This document shows positions 17,150 through 26,161 of a stretch of 64,000 nt of DNA, in pieces. Each line of letters starts with the position of its first letter. Position 1 is the first letter of the stretch. The notes beneath the pieces are model-generated. The model did not search any database. It was given only the letters and a program-made list of their open reading frames with translations, and was not told the origin of the DNA. The translations under genes and the position numbers were made by a program. The stretch comes from Nitrospirota bacterium (GTDB taxonomy: Bacteria > Nitrospirota > UBA9217): contig OY760142.1 in NCBI GenBank assembly GCA_963663225.1, positions 704,001 through 768,000 on the forward strand. Reading direction: 5' to 3'.

Positions 17150-19051
17150 TTTAGTTTTTCGCTTGTATATGGCTGTACCGGGTAACAGATCCAGATGTGC
17201 GATTCTAAATAGACTTGTAGTGATTTGAAAGGAGGTTGTATGTATTTTCAGAATTACAATCCGCTCGGCAATGTCTTCCTTTCCACCATTGTGGCAGCAA
17301 TCCCGATCCTCGTGCTGCTGTACTTCATCGCCCTGCACCCGCATACTGATAAAGATGGTGTGAAACACCTCGGTATATCCGCCCCATGGGCAGCGCTTTA
17401 CGGCGTTATCGCGGCCTTCCTGGTTTCGTGCCTGCCTTTCGGGATGCCTTTTGCATCAGCCGCTTCCGCTTTTTGCCTCGGCGTTATGTCCGGATTTTTA
17501 GGGATCATCTGGATTGTTCTGGGGGCCATGTTCCTCTATACGATGACCGTCATAACCGGACAGTTCGAAATCGTGAAGGACTCCATTATTCACATCTCAT
17601 TTGACCGGCGTCTCCAGTGCGTGCTGATCGCCTTCTCCTTCGGTTCCATCATTGAAGGTACGTCAGGCTTCGGTACCCCGGTTGCCATTGCAGGAGCCGT
17701 GATGGTGGGTCTGGGATTTAGACCGTTCCAGTCTGCTGTTCTGAACCTTCTGGCCAATACCGCGCCTGTTGCGTGGGGTGCCATCGGAACGCCTATCGTA
17801 ACGCTTGCTGCCGTCAGCGGCCTCGACCAGGTCACGCTTTCTTCCATGGCAGGCCATCAGCTTCCTTTCTGCTCCATCCTGGTGCCGTTCTGGTTGATCG
17901 CAGCCTTCGTGTTTTATGAGGGTGGCACCTGGAAGGATGTCTTTGAAGTATGGCCGGCGGCCCTCTGCTCCGGCGGTTCTTTTGCTCTCATGCAGTTCTA
18001 CGCTTCCGGAACACAAGAATTCCACCTGATGACCGACGTGGTTTCGGGTGTGTTTTCCGTTATCTGCACAGCCCTCTTCCTGCGCTTCGTATGGCATCCT
18101 AAGACTCGCTTCCTGCTGAAGGAAGAGCGTGAAGCCCTGGCTAAAGCCGGTAAGAGTACTTCTACGACGACCGCCGATGCCTCGGAGTGGAAGTATCCCC
18201 ATACCACTGGTCAGACAATATATGCCTGGCTTCCCTGGACTATTCTGATCGTTTGCTGTGCCGTTTGGGGTATGCCGGTATGGAAAAAATACCTGAATGG
18301 TGTTATGTCAACAATCACGTTCAGCACCACCCTGCTCGGCTCCAAGTTTGCTGGATCGCTTTCTCTGCCGGTTTGGGATATGCCGTCATTACATAACATG
18401 GTGATGCGCACCCCACCGGTGGCTGTAGAACCAAAACCGGAAGCCGCTCGCTTTGTTATTAACTGGCTTTCCTGCGCAGGTACCGGCGTGTTTACTGCTG
18501 CGATTCTGACCGGTTTTGTGCTCAAAATGAATGCTTCTCAGTGGAAAGATGCAGTTATCCGCACGGCCCATCGTATGGTGATCCCCATTTCGGTTATCGC
18601 TCAGGTGCTCGGACTCGGGTTCCTTACCCGCTACGCAGGCACCGACGCGGTCCTCGGTCTGGCCTTTACGCATGCCGGCTTCTGGTATCCGTTCTTCGCG
18701 GCCTTCCTCGGATGGCTCGGCGTCTTCCTTACCGGATCCGACACAGCATCCAACGCCCTGTTCGGAAGCCTCCAGAGAATCACCGCACAGCAGTTGGGCT
18801 TGAACGAGTATCTGATCGTTGCCGCCAACTCCACCGGCGGTGTTATGGGTAAAATGATCGACGCACAGTCCATCATGGTTGCGTGCGCAGCATGCTACGA
18901 AGATCCGAAAGAACGCGCTCACTCTCTGGGCCCGATCTTCCGCGCCGTGTTCTGGCATTCCCTTGCCGGAGCTTGCGTGATCGGCATCATCACCATGCTG
19001 CAGGCCTACATCTTCACTGGCGCAATTCCAATCCCGCCGCTTGGTAAGTAA
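17150..19051 (+). repeat. Direct duplication unit 1 (leader plus permease); partner at 20488-22392
   Basis: About 90 nt of leader is identical and the CDS is a mosaic of identical and diverged blocks; start-codon offset 3338 nt. Confidence 0.95.
17240..19051 (+). CDS. lctP: L-lactate/glycolate permease (LctP/LutP/GlcA family), copy 1
   Basis: DRRLQCVLIAFSFG, EGTSGFGTPVA, NTAPVAWGA, FLTGSDTASNALFG, GGVMGKMI; SD AGGAGG before ATG 17240. Confidence 0.93.
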   Translation: MYFQNYNPLGNVFLSTIVAAIPILVLLYFIALHPHTDKDGVKHLGISAPWAALYGVIAAFLVSCLPFGMPFASAASAFCLGVMSGFLGIIWIVLGAMFLYTMTVITGQFEIVKDSIIHISFDRRLQCVLIAFSFGSIIEGTSGFGTPVAIAGAVMVGLGFRPFQSAVLNLLANTAPVAWGAIGTPIVTLAAVSGLDQVTLSSMAGHQLPFCSILVPFWLIAAFVFYEGGTWKDVFEVWPAALCSGGSFALMQFYASGTQEFHLMTDVVSGVFSVICTALFLRFVWHPKTRFLLKEEREALAKAGKSTSTTTADASEWKYPHTTGQTIYAWLPWTILIVCCAVWGMPVWKKYLNGVMSTITFSTTLLGSKFAGSLSLPVWDMPSLHNMVMRTPPVAVEPKPEAARFVINWLSCAGTGVFTAAILTGFVLKMNASQWKDAVIRTAHRMVIPISVIAQVLGLGFLTRYAGTDAVLGLAFTHAGFWYPFFAAFLGWLGVFLTGSDTASNALFGSLQRITAQQLGLNEYLIVAANSTGGVMGKMIDAQSIMVACAACYEDPKERAHSLGPIFRAVFWHSLAGACVIGIITMLQAYIFTGAIPIPPLGK

Positions 19052-19071
19052 CAACAGTATTTTCTAATAGT

Positions 19072-19106
19072 AACCTCCCCCGGCTTTATCGGGGGAGGTT
19101 TTTTTT
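19072..19106 (+). terminator. Rho-independent terminator after permease 1
   Basis: AACCTCCCCCG / CGGGGGAGGTT stem followed by a T-run. Confidence 0.9.
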
Positions 19107-19327
19107 ATAATCAACAACTATCCCCTCCGAATGGAATCATTCAGAACAGGTAAATAAATTATTTCGATAAAAGATATGCTTTTAAACATCATGGCTTCTC
19201 AATAACCGAAAAAACAACATATCAGACGACTTGTTTTCTCCAGACCCCCCGAGAATACCGCTGATGAAGGCTCCACAAATATACCTTCTTCACCTTACAT
19301 CGACTGCTACAAAATCCCTTTTTTTTC

Positions 19328-19376
19328 TTGACAAGAATACGCTAATCGTTGCATAATGACAGTTGCATAGAGAAAC
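19328..19376 (+). promoter_or_regulatory. marR promoter with overlapping putative MarR boxes
   Basis: TTGACA, 18 nt spacer, CATAAT; GTTG-N7-ACAG (19348) and GTTG-N7-AAAC (19362). Confidence 0.6.
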
Positions 19377-19384
19377 TAAATTAA

Positions 19385-19834
19385 ATGGCTAAAACGGCTC
19401 AAAAGTATTTACTGAATGACTCGTTATACTATTTGGCTGCACTTTATGCGCGGACTGTTCATAGACGCCTTAATCAGGAACTGAGCGGCAAAGGTTACAA
19501 AATTACGGCGGAGCAGTTGTCTTTCCTGGTTCATGTGTGGGCTCAAGGCGGGCAGACCCAGCAATTTCTTGCCGAAAAACTTTACAAAAATAAAACTACG
19601 ATGGCACGTCTGATATCCAGCGTAGAATCCCAAGGTCTTGTTGCACGCAAGGCGGGCAAACACGATGGCAGGGAAAAAACGGTGTTTATTACCCCTCAAG
19701 GGGAAAAAATAATCCATAAACTCTCTGAAATTGCCCAAAAACTGTGCTATACGAACGTGGCAAAAGGAATTTCGGAACGGGAAATAGCGCTATGTAAAGA
19801 TGTCCTGCGCAGAGCGCACCAAAACGTGGTGTAG
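19385..19834 (+). CDS. MarR family transcriptional regulator
   Basis: ITAEQLSFL, TQQFLAEKL, TTMARLISSVESQGLVAR, DGREKTVFITPQG. Confidence 0.92.
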   Translation: MAKTAQKYLLNDSLYYLAALYARTVHRRLNQELSGKGYKITAEQLSFLVHVWAQGGQTQQFLAEKLYKNKTTMARLISSVESQGLVARKAGKHDGREKTVFITPQGEKIIHKLSEIAQKLCYTNVAKGISEREIALCKDVLRRAHQNVV

Positions 19835-20007
19835 CTTTTTAATCGGTTGTGTATTAACCTTTTGCGATAATTTTTTACTGGAGTGCACCTAGCAACAATT
19901 TTCAGCAAATAGATGCAAAGTAGCTGGCTTCCAAAATACTAAACATACAAACTTGTATAGCGATGTCTCAAGGCCCAACGTGGAAATCGCTAATTTTTTT
20001 GAATATT

Positions 20008-20042
20008 TAGTTGTATTTAACAACTGTTGCTATTTACAACTA
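20008..20042. promoter_or_regulatory. Tandem palindromic operator (2 x GTTG-N7-CAAC), probably MarR-bound
   Basis: TAGTTGTATTTAACAACTGTTGCTATTTACAACTA. Confidence 0.7.
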
Positions 20043-20487
20043 TATCCCTTCCAAGTGTAAGGGATTGCTTAAAAAAGAACTGCCAACCTGCTTTTTAAAA
20101 TCTCTTGTTTAGCTTTTTTTTGTTGAATGTAGACTACCCCTCTCGTTTACTCAAATGGAGTATAACGTGGGCTCTTGGCATAACTTTAGGTACTTTTGTG
20201 AGCGTTTGTCCGGAGAAAGTCTCGCAAGTTTTTTACTTATAAGAAGTTGCATGAGCAGACTTTTCACGGAATTGAAATTCGCAAAATTGGACATTGAAAC
20301 AACCGAAACATCTGGTTTGAAGTGAAACTGATGTTTACAACATAAAGAAAGGAGGTATTCAGCCGCAGTTTCGCTTTCTAGTTTAAGGATGCAAGAACAC
20401 TTAACGACAGAAAGCATGGATTGGATAGTCAAGCAGCATATCAACAACTGGAGAATCCAATCTCCCTTTTCAGCAATTGCTCTATTA

Positions 20488-22392
20488 TTTAGTTTTTCGC
20501 TTGTATATGGCTGTACCGGGTAACAGATCCAGATGTGCGATTCTAAATAGACTTGTAGTGATTTGAAAGGAGGTTGTATGTATTTTCAGAATTACAATCC
20601 GCTCGGCAATGTCTTCCTTTCCACCATTGTGGCAGCACTCCCGATCATCGTGCTGCTATACTTCATCGCCCTGCACCCGCATACTGATAAAAATGGTGTG
20701 AAACATCTCGGTATATCCGCCCCATGGGCGGCGCTCTTTGGCGTTATCACGGCCTTCCTGGTCTCATGTTTGCCCTTCGGGATGCCTTTTGCGTCAGCTG
20801 CGTCTGCTTTCTGTCTCGGCACCCTGTCCGGATTTTTAGGGATCATCTGGATTGTTCTGGGGGCCATGTTCCTCTATACGATGACCGTCATAACCGGACA
20901 GTTCGAAATCGTGAAGGACTCCATTATTCACATCTCATTTGACCGGCGTCTCCAGTGCGTGCTGATCGCCTTCTCCTTCGGTTCCATCATTGAAGGTACG
21001 TCAGGCTTCGGTACCCCGGTTGCCATTGCAGGAGCCGTGATGGTGGGTCTGGGATTTAGACCGTTCCAGTCTGCTGTTCTGAACCTTCTGGCCAATACCG
21101 CGCCTGTTGCGTGGGGTGCTGTCGGAACGCCTATCGCAACGCTTGCTGTTGTCAGCGGACTCGATCTGGTCACGCTTTCTTCCATGGCAGGCCGTCAGCT
21201 TCCTTTCTGCACCATCCTGGTGCCATTCTGGTTGATCGGCGCCTTCGTGTTTTATGAGGGTGGCACCTGGAAGGATATTTTTGAAGTATGGCCGGCAGCT
21301 CTCGTAGCCGGTGGCTCTTTTGCCATCATGCAGTTCTGGGCATCAGGACAGGAAGCATTTCTGCTGATGACCGATGTGGTTTCGGGTGTGTTTTCCGTTG
21401 TCTGCACAGCCCTCTTCCTGCGCTTCGTATGGCATCCTAAGACCCGCTTCCTGCTTAGGGAAGAGCGTGAAGCCCTGGCTAAAGCCGGTAAGAGTACTTC
21501 TACGACGACCACCGATGCCACGGAGTGGAAGTACCCCCATACCACTGGGCAGACAATATATGCCTGGCTTCCCTGGACTATTCTGATCATCTGCTGCGCT
21601 ATCTGGGGTATGCCGGCATGGAAAAAATATTTGAACAATCTTTTCTCCACAATTACGTTCAGCACCACCCTGCTCGGCTCCAAGTTTGCTGGAACGCTTT
21701 CTCTGCCGGTTTGGGATATGCCGGCACTGCATAATTTAGTGATGCGCATGCCTCCCGTGGCTCCTGTCGATGCAAAACCGGAAGGCGCCCGCTTCATCAT
21801 TAACTGGCTTTCCTGCGCAGGTACCGGCGTGTTTACTGCTGCAATTCTGGCCGGTTTTGTGCTCAAAATGAATGCCTCACAGTGGATAGATGCTGTTATC
21901 CGCACGGCCCATCGTATGGTGATCCCCATTTCGGTTATCGCTCAGGTGCTCGGACTCGGGTTCCTTACCCGCTACGCAGGCACTGACGCGGTCCTCGGTC
22001 TGGCCTTTACGCATGCCGGCTTCTGGTATCCGTTCTTCGCGGCCTTCCTCGGATGGCTCGGTGTCTTCCTTACCGGATCCGACACAGCATCCAACGCTCT
22101 GTTCGGAAGCCTCCAGAGAATCACCGCACAGCAGTTGGGCTTGAACGAGTATCTGATCGTTGCCGCCAACTCCACCGGTGGCGTTATGGGTAAAATGATC
22201 GACGCACAGTCCATCATGGTGGCCTGCGCAGCGTGCTACGACGATCCGAAAGAACGCGCTCACTCTCTGGGCCCGATTTTCCGCGCCGTGTTTTGGCATT
22301 CCCTTGCCGGAGCTTGCGTGATCGGTGTTATTGTCATGCTGCAGGCTTATGTCTTTACCTGGATGATTCCAATACCGCCACTTGGAAAATAA
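20488..22392 (+). repeat. Direct duplication unit 2 (leader plus permease)
   Basis: Matches 17150-19051. Confidence 0.95.
20578..22392 (+). CDS. lctP: L-lactate/glycolate permease (LctP/LutP/GlcA family), copy 2
   Basis: Same family motifs as copy 1; SD AGGAGG before ATG 20578. Confidence 0.93.
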   Translation: MYFQNYNPLGNVFLSTIVAALPIIVLLYFIALHPHTDKNGVKHLGISAPWAALFGVITAFLVSCLPFGMPFASAASAFCLGTLSGFLGIIWIVLGAMFLYTMTVITGQFEIVKDSIIHISFDRRLQCVLIAFSFGSIIEGTSGFGTPVAIAGAVMVGLGFRPFQSAVLNLLANTAPVAWGAVGTPIATLAVVSGLDLVTLSSMAGRQLPFCTILVPFWLIGAFVFYEGGTWKDIFEVWPAALVAGGSFAIMQFWASGQEAFLLMTDVVSGVFSVVCTALFLRFVWHPKTRFLLREEREALAKAGKSTSTTTTDATEWKYPHTTGQTIYAWLPWTILIICCAIWGMPAWKKYLNNLFSTITFSTTLLGSKFAGTLSLPVWDMPALHNLVMRMPPVAPVDAKPEGARFIINWLSCAGTGVFTAAILAGFVLKMNASQWIDAVIRTAHRMVIPISVIAQVLGLGFLTRYAGTDAVLGLAFTHAGFWYPFFAAFLGWLGVFLTGSDTASNALFGSLQRITAQQLGLNEYLIVAANSTGGVMGKMIDAQSIMVACAACYDDPKERAHSLGPIFRAVFWHSLAGACVIGVIVMLQAYVFTWMIPIPPLGK

Positions 22393-22426
22393 TACTCTAG
22401 ACTGAATTTTCACACTATCTTTTTTT

Positions 22427-22458
22427 ACCTCCTCCGGCTTTTTGCCGGAGGAGGTTTT
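22427..22458 (+). terminator. Rho-independent terminator after permease 2
   Basis: ACCTCCTCCGGC-TTTTT-GCCGGAGGAGGT followed by TTT. Confidence 0.85.
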
Positions 22459-22480
22459 GTAAATTTTCGCGGGTATTCAA

Positions 22481-23296
22481 ATGACAAAGAGACATAAATG
22501 TCCTCGGTGTGGTTTTACAAAAGCGTATGCAATACGGAGAGAAAAGAAGCGCTGCCAACGCTGCAAATATGAGTGGCATCCAGGACGTCTTCCATTACAC
22601 TTGGAAACATCCGAGTGGAGAGGCGTAGTGACAACCTTCCTGAAGGGTTTTTCAAGCAGTGGAATCGCTCTTGAAACCGGATTTGAACGCAAACGTATTT
22701 TGCGGGCACTTCTCTGGATTCGAAAAGCAATGACGCTTGATATCCCAAAAGTGTTTAATGGAAAAATACAGATCAATGAAGCGTATCTCGACGGTCAGGG
22801 CAAAAATAATGCTGCCACACAAGAACCCGGAGACATAAAAGGACACCGAGGAACACTCAAAACTCCTGTTTTCGGAATTTTATACAGAAATGGCAAAGTA
22901 TGGGCAGAAGTTGTAGATGATGTTAGCGCACAGTCGCTGATACCCTTAATGAATGCAAAAAGAAAAGGAACTTCTTCTGCTTTTCCCGATATATCAAAAA
23001 ACTACTCAGGAATTGCAGCAAAGGGATGCTTCTACCATTTTGCGAAGCGTGAACCAGCAGAACGCCGTAGTATTGATACCGGAAACCGCATCAGCAGTAT
23101 TGAGGGTGGATTTTGGGGATACCTTAGACGCAAGTTGGCGACAAAGGGAGGTGTTCGAAAAGAACGGCTGCCTCTCTATCTTGGTGAATATGTCTGGCGT
23201 TATAATCAAAGAAGTTTATCGATAGAGGATCAGACTGATCGTATTCTTGCATTACTGCACAATCAAAAATCGCAGAAATTTGCAATTGAACATTAA
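22481..23296 (+). mobile_element. IS1595-family (ISXO2-like) transposase gene, probably degenerate; no terminal repeats found
   Basis: Zn ribbon CPRC...CQRC, HTH, GKIQINEAYLDG, KTPVFGIL.RNGKV, IEGGFWGYLRR, LPLYLGEYVWRYN. Confidence 0.82.
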
Positions 23297-23436
23297 TCTA
23301 GAATCTAATCGGCGCTTTTAGAGCTGCTTAAGCATACCATACTCAAAAAGTTTTATCATCCTAAGTATTACTAGCTCCCGTGTTGTATAATAGAATCCTA
23401 AAATACCGAAAACCAGAGTCCACATCAGCAACCTGA

Positions 23437-23895
23437 TCAATAACTTGTAAAGTTAATAAGGTTCTCCACCCATTTTGCAAGATCTGTTTTGTCTTTCGGC
23501 GCACCGTCAACTCTGATAATTTCCTTACCATTCTTATAAACAATAAACGTCGGCGTTTTCTCTATTTTAAAACGGCTGGCTAATTCGACATCAGACTCTA
23601 TATCCACTTTCAGGACCTTGAGTTTTCCTATTTTTTCTCTTGCGAGATTCTCCACCACCGGATCAGTAATTTTGCAGAAAAGGCATAGGGGGGCGGTAAA
23701 AACAACAAGCAGGGTTTCAGGCCAATGCGCAACTGCCCTATCAAAATTCTCCCTTTTAATCCACATCGACTGTCTTGGAAATTCAAGAATTGTTTTGCAG
23801 CTACCGCATAAAGGTTTTGTCAAAAGTTTATTTTCAGGAACGCGATTCAATGTTAAACAATTATAGCATCTAATAATTACAGAAGTATCGGACAT
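23437..23895 (-). CDS. TrxC-like thioredoxin with N-terminal zinc finger and atypical CLFC active site
   Basis: CYNC..LNRVP...PLCGSCK, then VFTAPLCLFCK, KVDIE, ASRFKIEKTPTF; start taken at MSDTS. Confidence 0.82.
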   Translation of the reverse strand: MSDTSVIIRCYNCLTLNRVPENKLLTKPLCGSCKTILEFPRQSMWIKRENFDRAVAHWPETLLVVFTAPLCLFCKITDPVVENLAREKIGKLKVLKVDIESDVELASRFKIEKTPTFIVYKNGKEIIRVDGAPKDKTDLAKWVENLINFTSY

Positions 23896-24104
23896 ACTTA
23901 TTCCTGTTAATTCGCTGTTGACTGAAATCCGTATTAAGCAAAGAAATACGACCTTTTCTTCACGGGAATGCAACCGTCGGGTTGAAAAAACAGCTAGATA
24001 TTGAGTACAGTACTTAAACATAGTTTAGTAAAGTGCAAGCCTTTAGTCAAGAAACCTTTTAACCAGCCGAGATATTAATTGTTTTTTTCTTACTTGGTTT
24101 TGGA

Positions 24105-25403
24105 CTAATCAACAGGCAATTTATCGCGCAAAGCTGTAAAAACTATCCCCTGGCCTGGTTGTAAGTTATAATGAAAGGGAGCCGATATGTAGTCCAGTTG
24201 ATCAGATGGCGATACGTCGACAAGCGTGCTTCCCGATTGCATATAGTTTCTTAAATTCTCAGCATAAAAATGCTGCTGTGAGTGTATGTCCTTATTCAAA
24301 ATAACAAGCGCCTCCTCGCGTGTTGCTACTGATGCTTTCCATATAAGCAAAATCCGGTTATTTGCATGATGTAACACATGAGTAGGACCGTCTTCCTGGA
24401 AAACACTGTGACTGCTTTTTATTCTATTTACAGTGCTGATAAATGTTCTTAAATCTATCTCAGTTTTTTCCCAGTCTTCCGGCTTCGTATTCACAACATG
24501 CAGTTTTTCGTGAAAACCGAACTCAAAGCCGATCGGCATCATAACACCGCCTGAAAAAAGAGCTGAAAAAAAATATCGCTGACGAAGCCCTTCTCTGTTT
24601 CCCTGTAACTCTGCAGCAAGTCTGTTCGTATCATGGCTTTCCGGAAATGCGACTGACGGACCAAGATCACGCGTTAACGCATATTGCTCCATAAGCCAAT
24701 AATCATCATAATTCCACCATTTAGAACTGTTGAAAATATAATCGAACCCGGCAGATGCCGTATTTCTTGTCATCTCCGAAGGAGAACCGAGGGTTTCCGC
24801 CAAAAAAAGAATGTCCGGATATTTTTGTTTTATTCTACCGATCAATTCAATCCACATACTTTTGGGGATCTGATAGGCGGCATCGCACCTAAAAGCCCTG
24901 AAACCCATTGATATCATATGCTCTATAATGCTTAAAAAAAATTCGATAAGACCTTTCTGATCTTTTGTATTCCGGTGGTCAAACTTCGCGAGATCCCTCC
25001 AGACGACCCGTTGGCCGTTTTCATCTGCGCCGGGATGAACGATGTTGTTTTGTTCCCATAAGAACCATTCCGGATGAGCGGTTATCAGCGGTGAATCAGA
25101 CGCGCAATGATTTATAACCAGATCCCCCATTACTTGCATACCAAGTTTTCCTGCAGTATTAATCATTTGCCGTACCTGTTCTGTAGCAGTCAAACCACAG
25201 TCAGAATCTATCAGCTCTTGATTAAAATCAAAATAATCTGCGATAGAGTAAAGGCTTCCTGATACTCCAGGACGCTGAATTGGATTTACAAAAACCCAGT
25301 TAAATCCCATTTCCGCTGCTCTTTTGAGATGAGTCTCCCAATTCGCGACTTTACCACATAACAAAGGAAATAGATTATAAATGAGCATTTTTCTATTAGA
25401 CAT
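24105..25403 (-). CDS. GH13 alpha-amylase family glycosyl hydrolase (short GlgE-like)
   Basis: DLVINH, FRCDAAY (nucleophile), FLAE (acid/base), ESHDT. Confidence 0.9.
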   Translation of the reverse strand: MSNRKMLIYNLFPLLCGKVANWETHLKRAAEMGFNWVFVNPIQRPGVSGSLYSIADYFDFNQELIDSDCGLTATEQVRQMINTAGKLGMQVMGDLVINHCASDSPLITAHPEWFLWEQNNIVHPGADENGQRVVWRDLAKFDHRNTKDQKGLIEFFLSIIEHMISMGFRAFRCDAAYQIPKSMWIELIGRIKQKYPDILFLAETLGSPSEMTRNTASAGFDYIFNSSKWWNYDDYWLMEQYALTRDLGPSVAFPESHDTNRLAAELQGNREGLRQRYFFSALFSGGVMMPIGFEFGFHEKLHVVNTKPEDWEKTEIDLRTFISTVNRIKSSHSVFQEDGPTHVLHHANNRILLIWKASVATREEALVILNKDIHSQQHFYAENLRNYMQSGSTLVDVSPSDQLDYISAPFHYNLQPGQGIVFTALRDKLPVD

Positions 25404-25551
25404 TTTCATTGTCCTCTCAATATTAATGCCTTCCTCCCATGCTAATGGATGAAAAGCTGCTCTTCTATTATTTTTTATCGGAAATTGATTCAAAAACTTA
25501 AATATTTCTGCTTCTTGCATTTATAATATCGTTGTGATATAAAAGTATTCA

Positions 25552-26115
25552 ATGATACTTAACCGCTTGTTTTCCTTTCTCGAGGACAGAACCGATTTTA
25601 TTTACTGCGTATCTCAGAAAATCCTTTTCCGGCTCGGCCTCGTAATTCAGGTAATAGGCCTGGCGATTCTAGCGGTTCTCTACCCTCTGGAAAGTCCTTT
25701 TTTCACAATCGGAATTATGGTCTTTGAGACTGGTGTTCTTTTTTCTTCTTTGTTTTTTCTGGGCAGTTGCTCCTGGCTGGATAAAGCTGTTTGTTTCCTG
25801 ACGGTTATTGGAATTTTGATTCAGTTTTTTGGATTTTATGCACCTGAGGAATATGCGGGACTAATCATCATCAGCGGGGTTGGTCTTATTTCTGCTGCAG
25901 CTGCTGTAATAACAGGCAATGTGCTTTATAGTCTAAAGCTCAACCGAGGACTTTTTGTCTTGGCGATATTTTTTCCTGTTATGCCTCTTATAAATATTTT
26001 CTTCAACATAAATCATGTCTTGAATGCCGCCGTATTTTCATCACTTTTTCTTTTGCTGCTGTTTCTTACAGGGAAAGCGCTTCGGCAGCTCCATCGCCGG
26101 AATCCTAGGAATTAA
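25552..26115 (+). CDS. Hypothetical integral membrane protein
   Basis: About six hydrophobic segments; fills the gap between flanking genes. Confidence 0.7.
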   Translation: MILNRLFSFLEDRTDFIYCVSQKILFRLGLVIQVIGLAILAVLYPLESPFFTIGIMVFETGVLFSSLFFLGSCSWLDKAVCFLTVIGILIQFFGFYAPEEYAGLIIISGVGLISAAAAVITGNVLYSLKLNRGLFVLAIFFPVMPLINIFFNINHVLNAAVFSSLFLLLLFLTGKALRQLHRRNPRN

Positions 26116-26161
26116 ATTACCTTATAAAGACTACCGCAAAAAATTTGCTGAATACTTTTTT

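Noticed and set aside
19255-19295. CTGATGA suggesting a hammerhead ribozyme or fluoride riboswitch
   Set aside because: No GAAA after a stem II and no GGNGATGG 5' element; only a simple hairpin.
20346-20360. Strong SD (AAGGAGGT) upstream of permease 2 suggesting a small ORF
   Set aside because: No ATG, GTG or TTG at a usable distance.
22396-23303. TCTAGA near both sides of the IS1595 gene as possible terminal repeats
   Set aside because: Only a 6-bp palindrome, and the permease terminator would fall inside the element.
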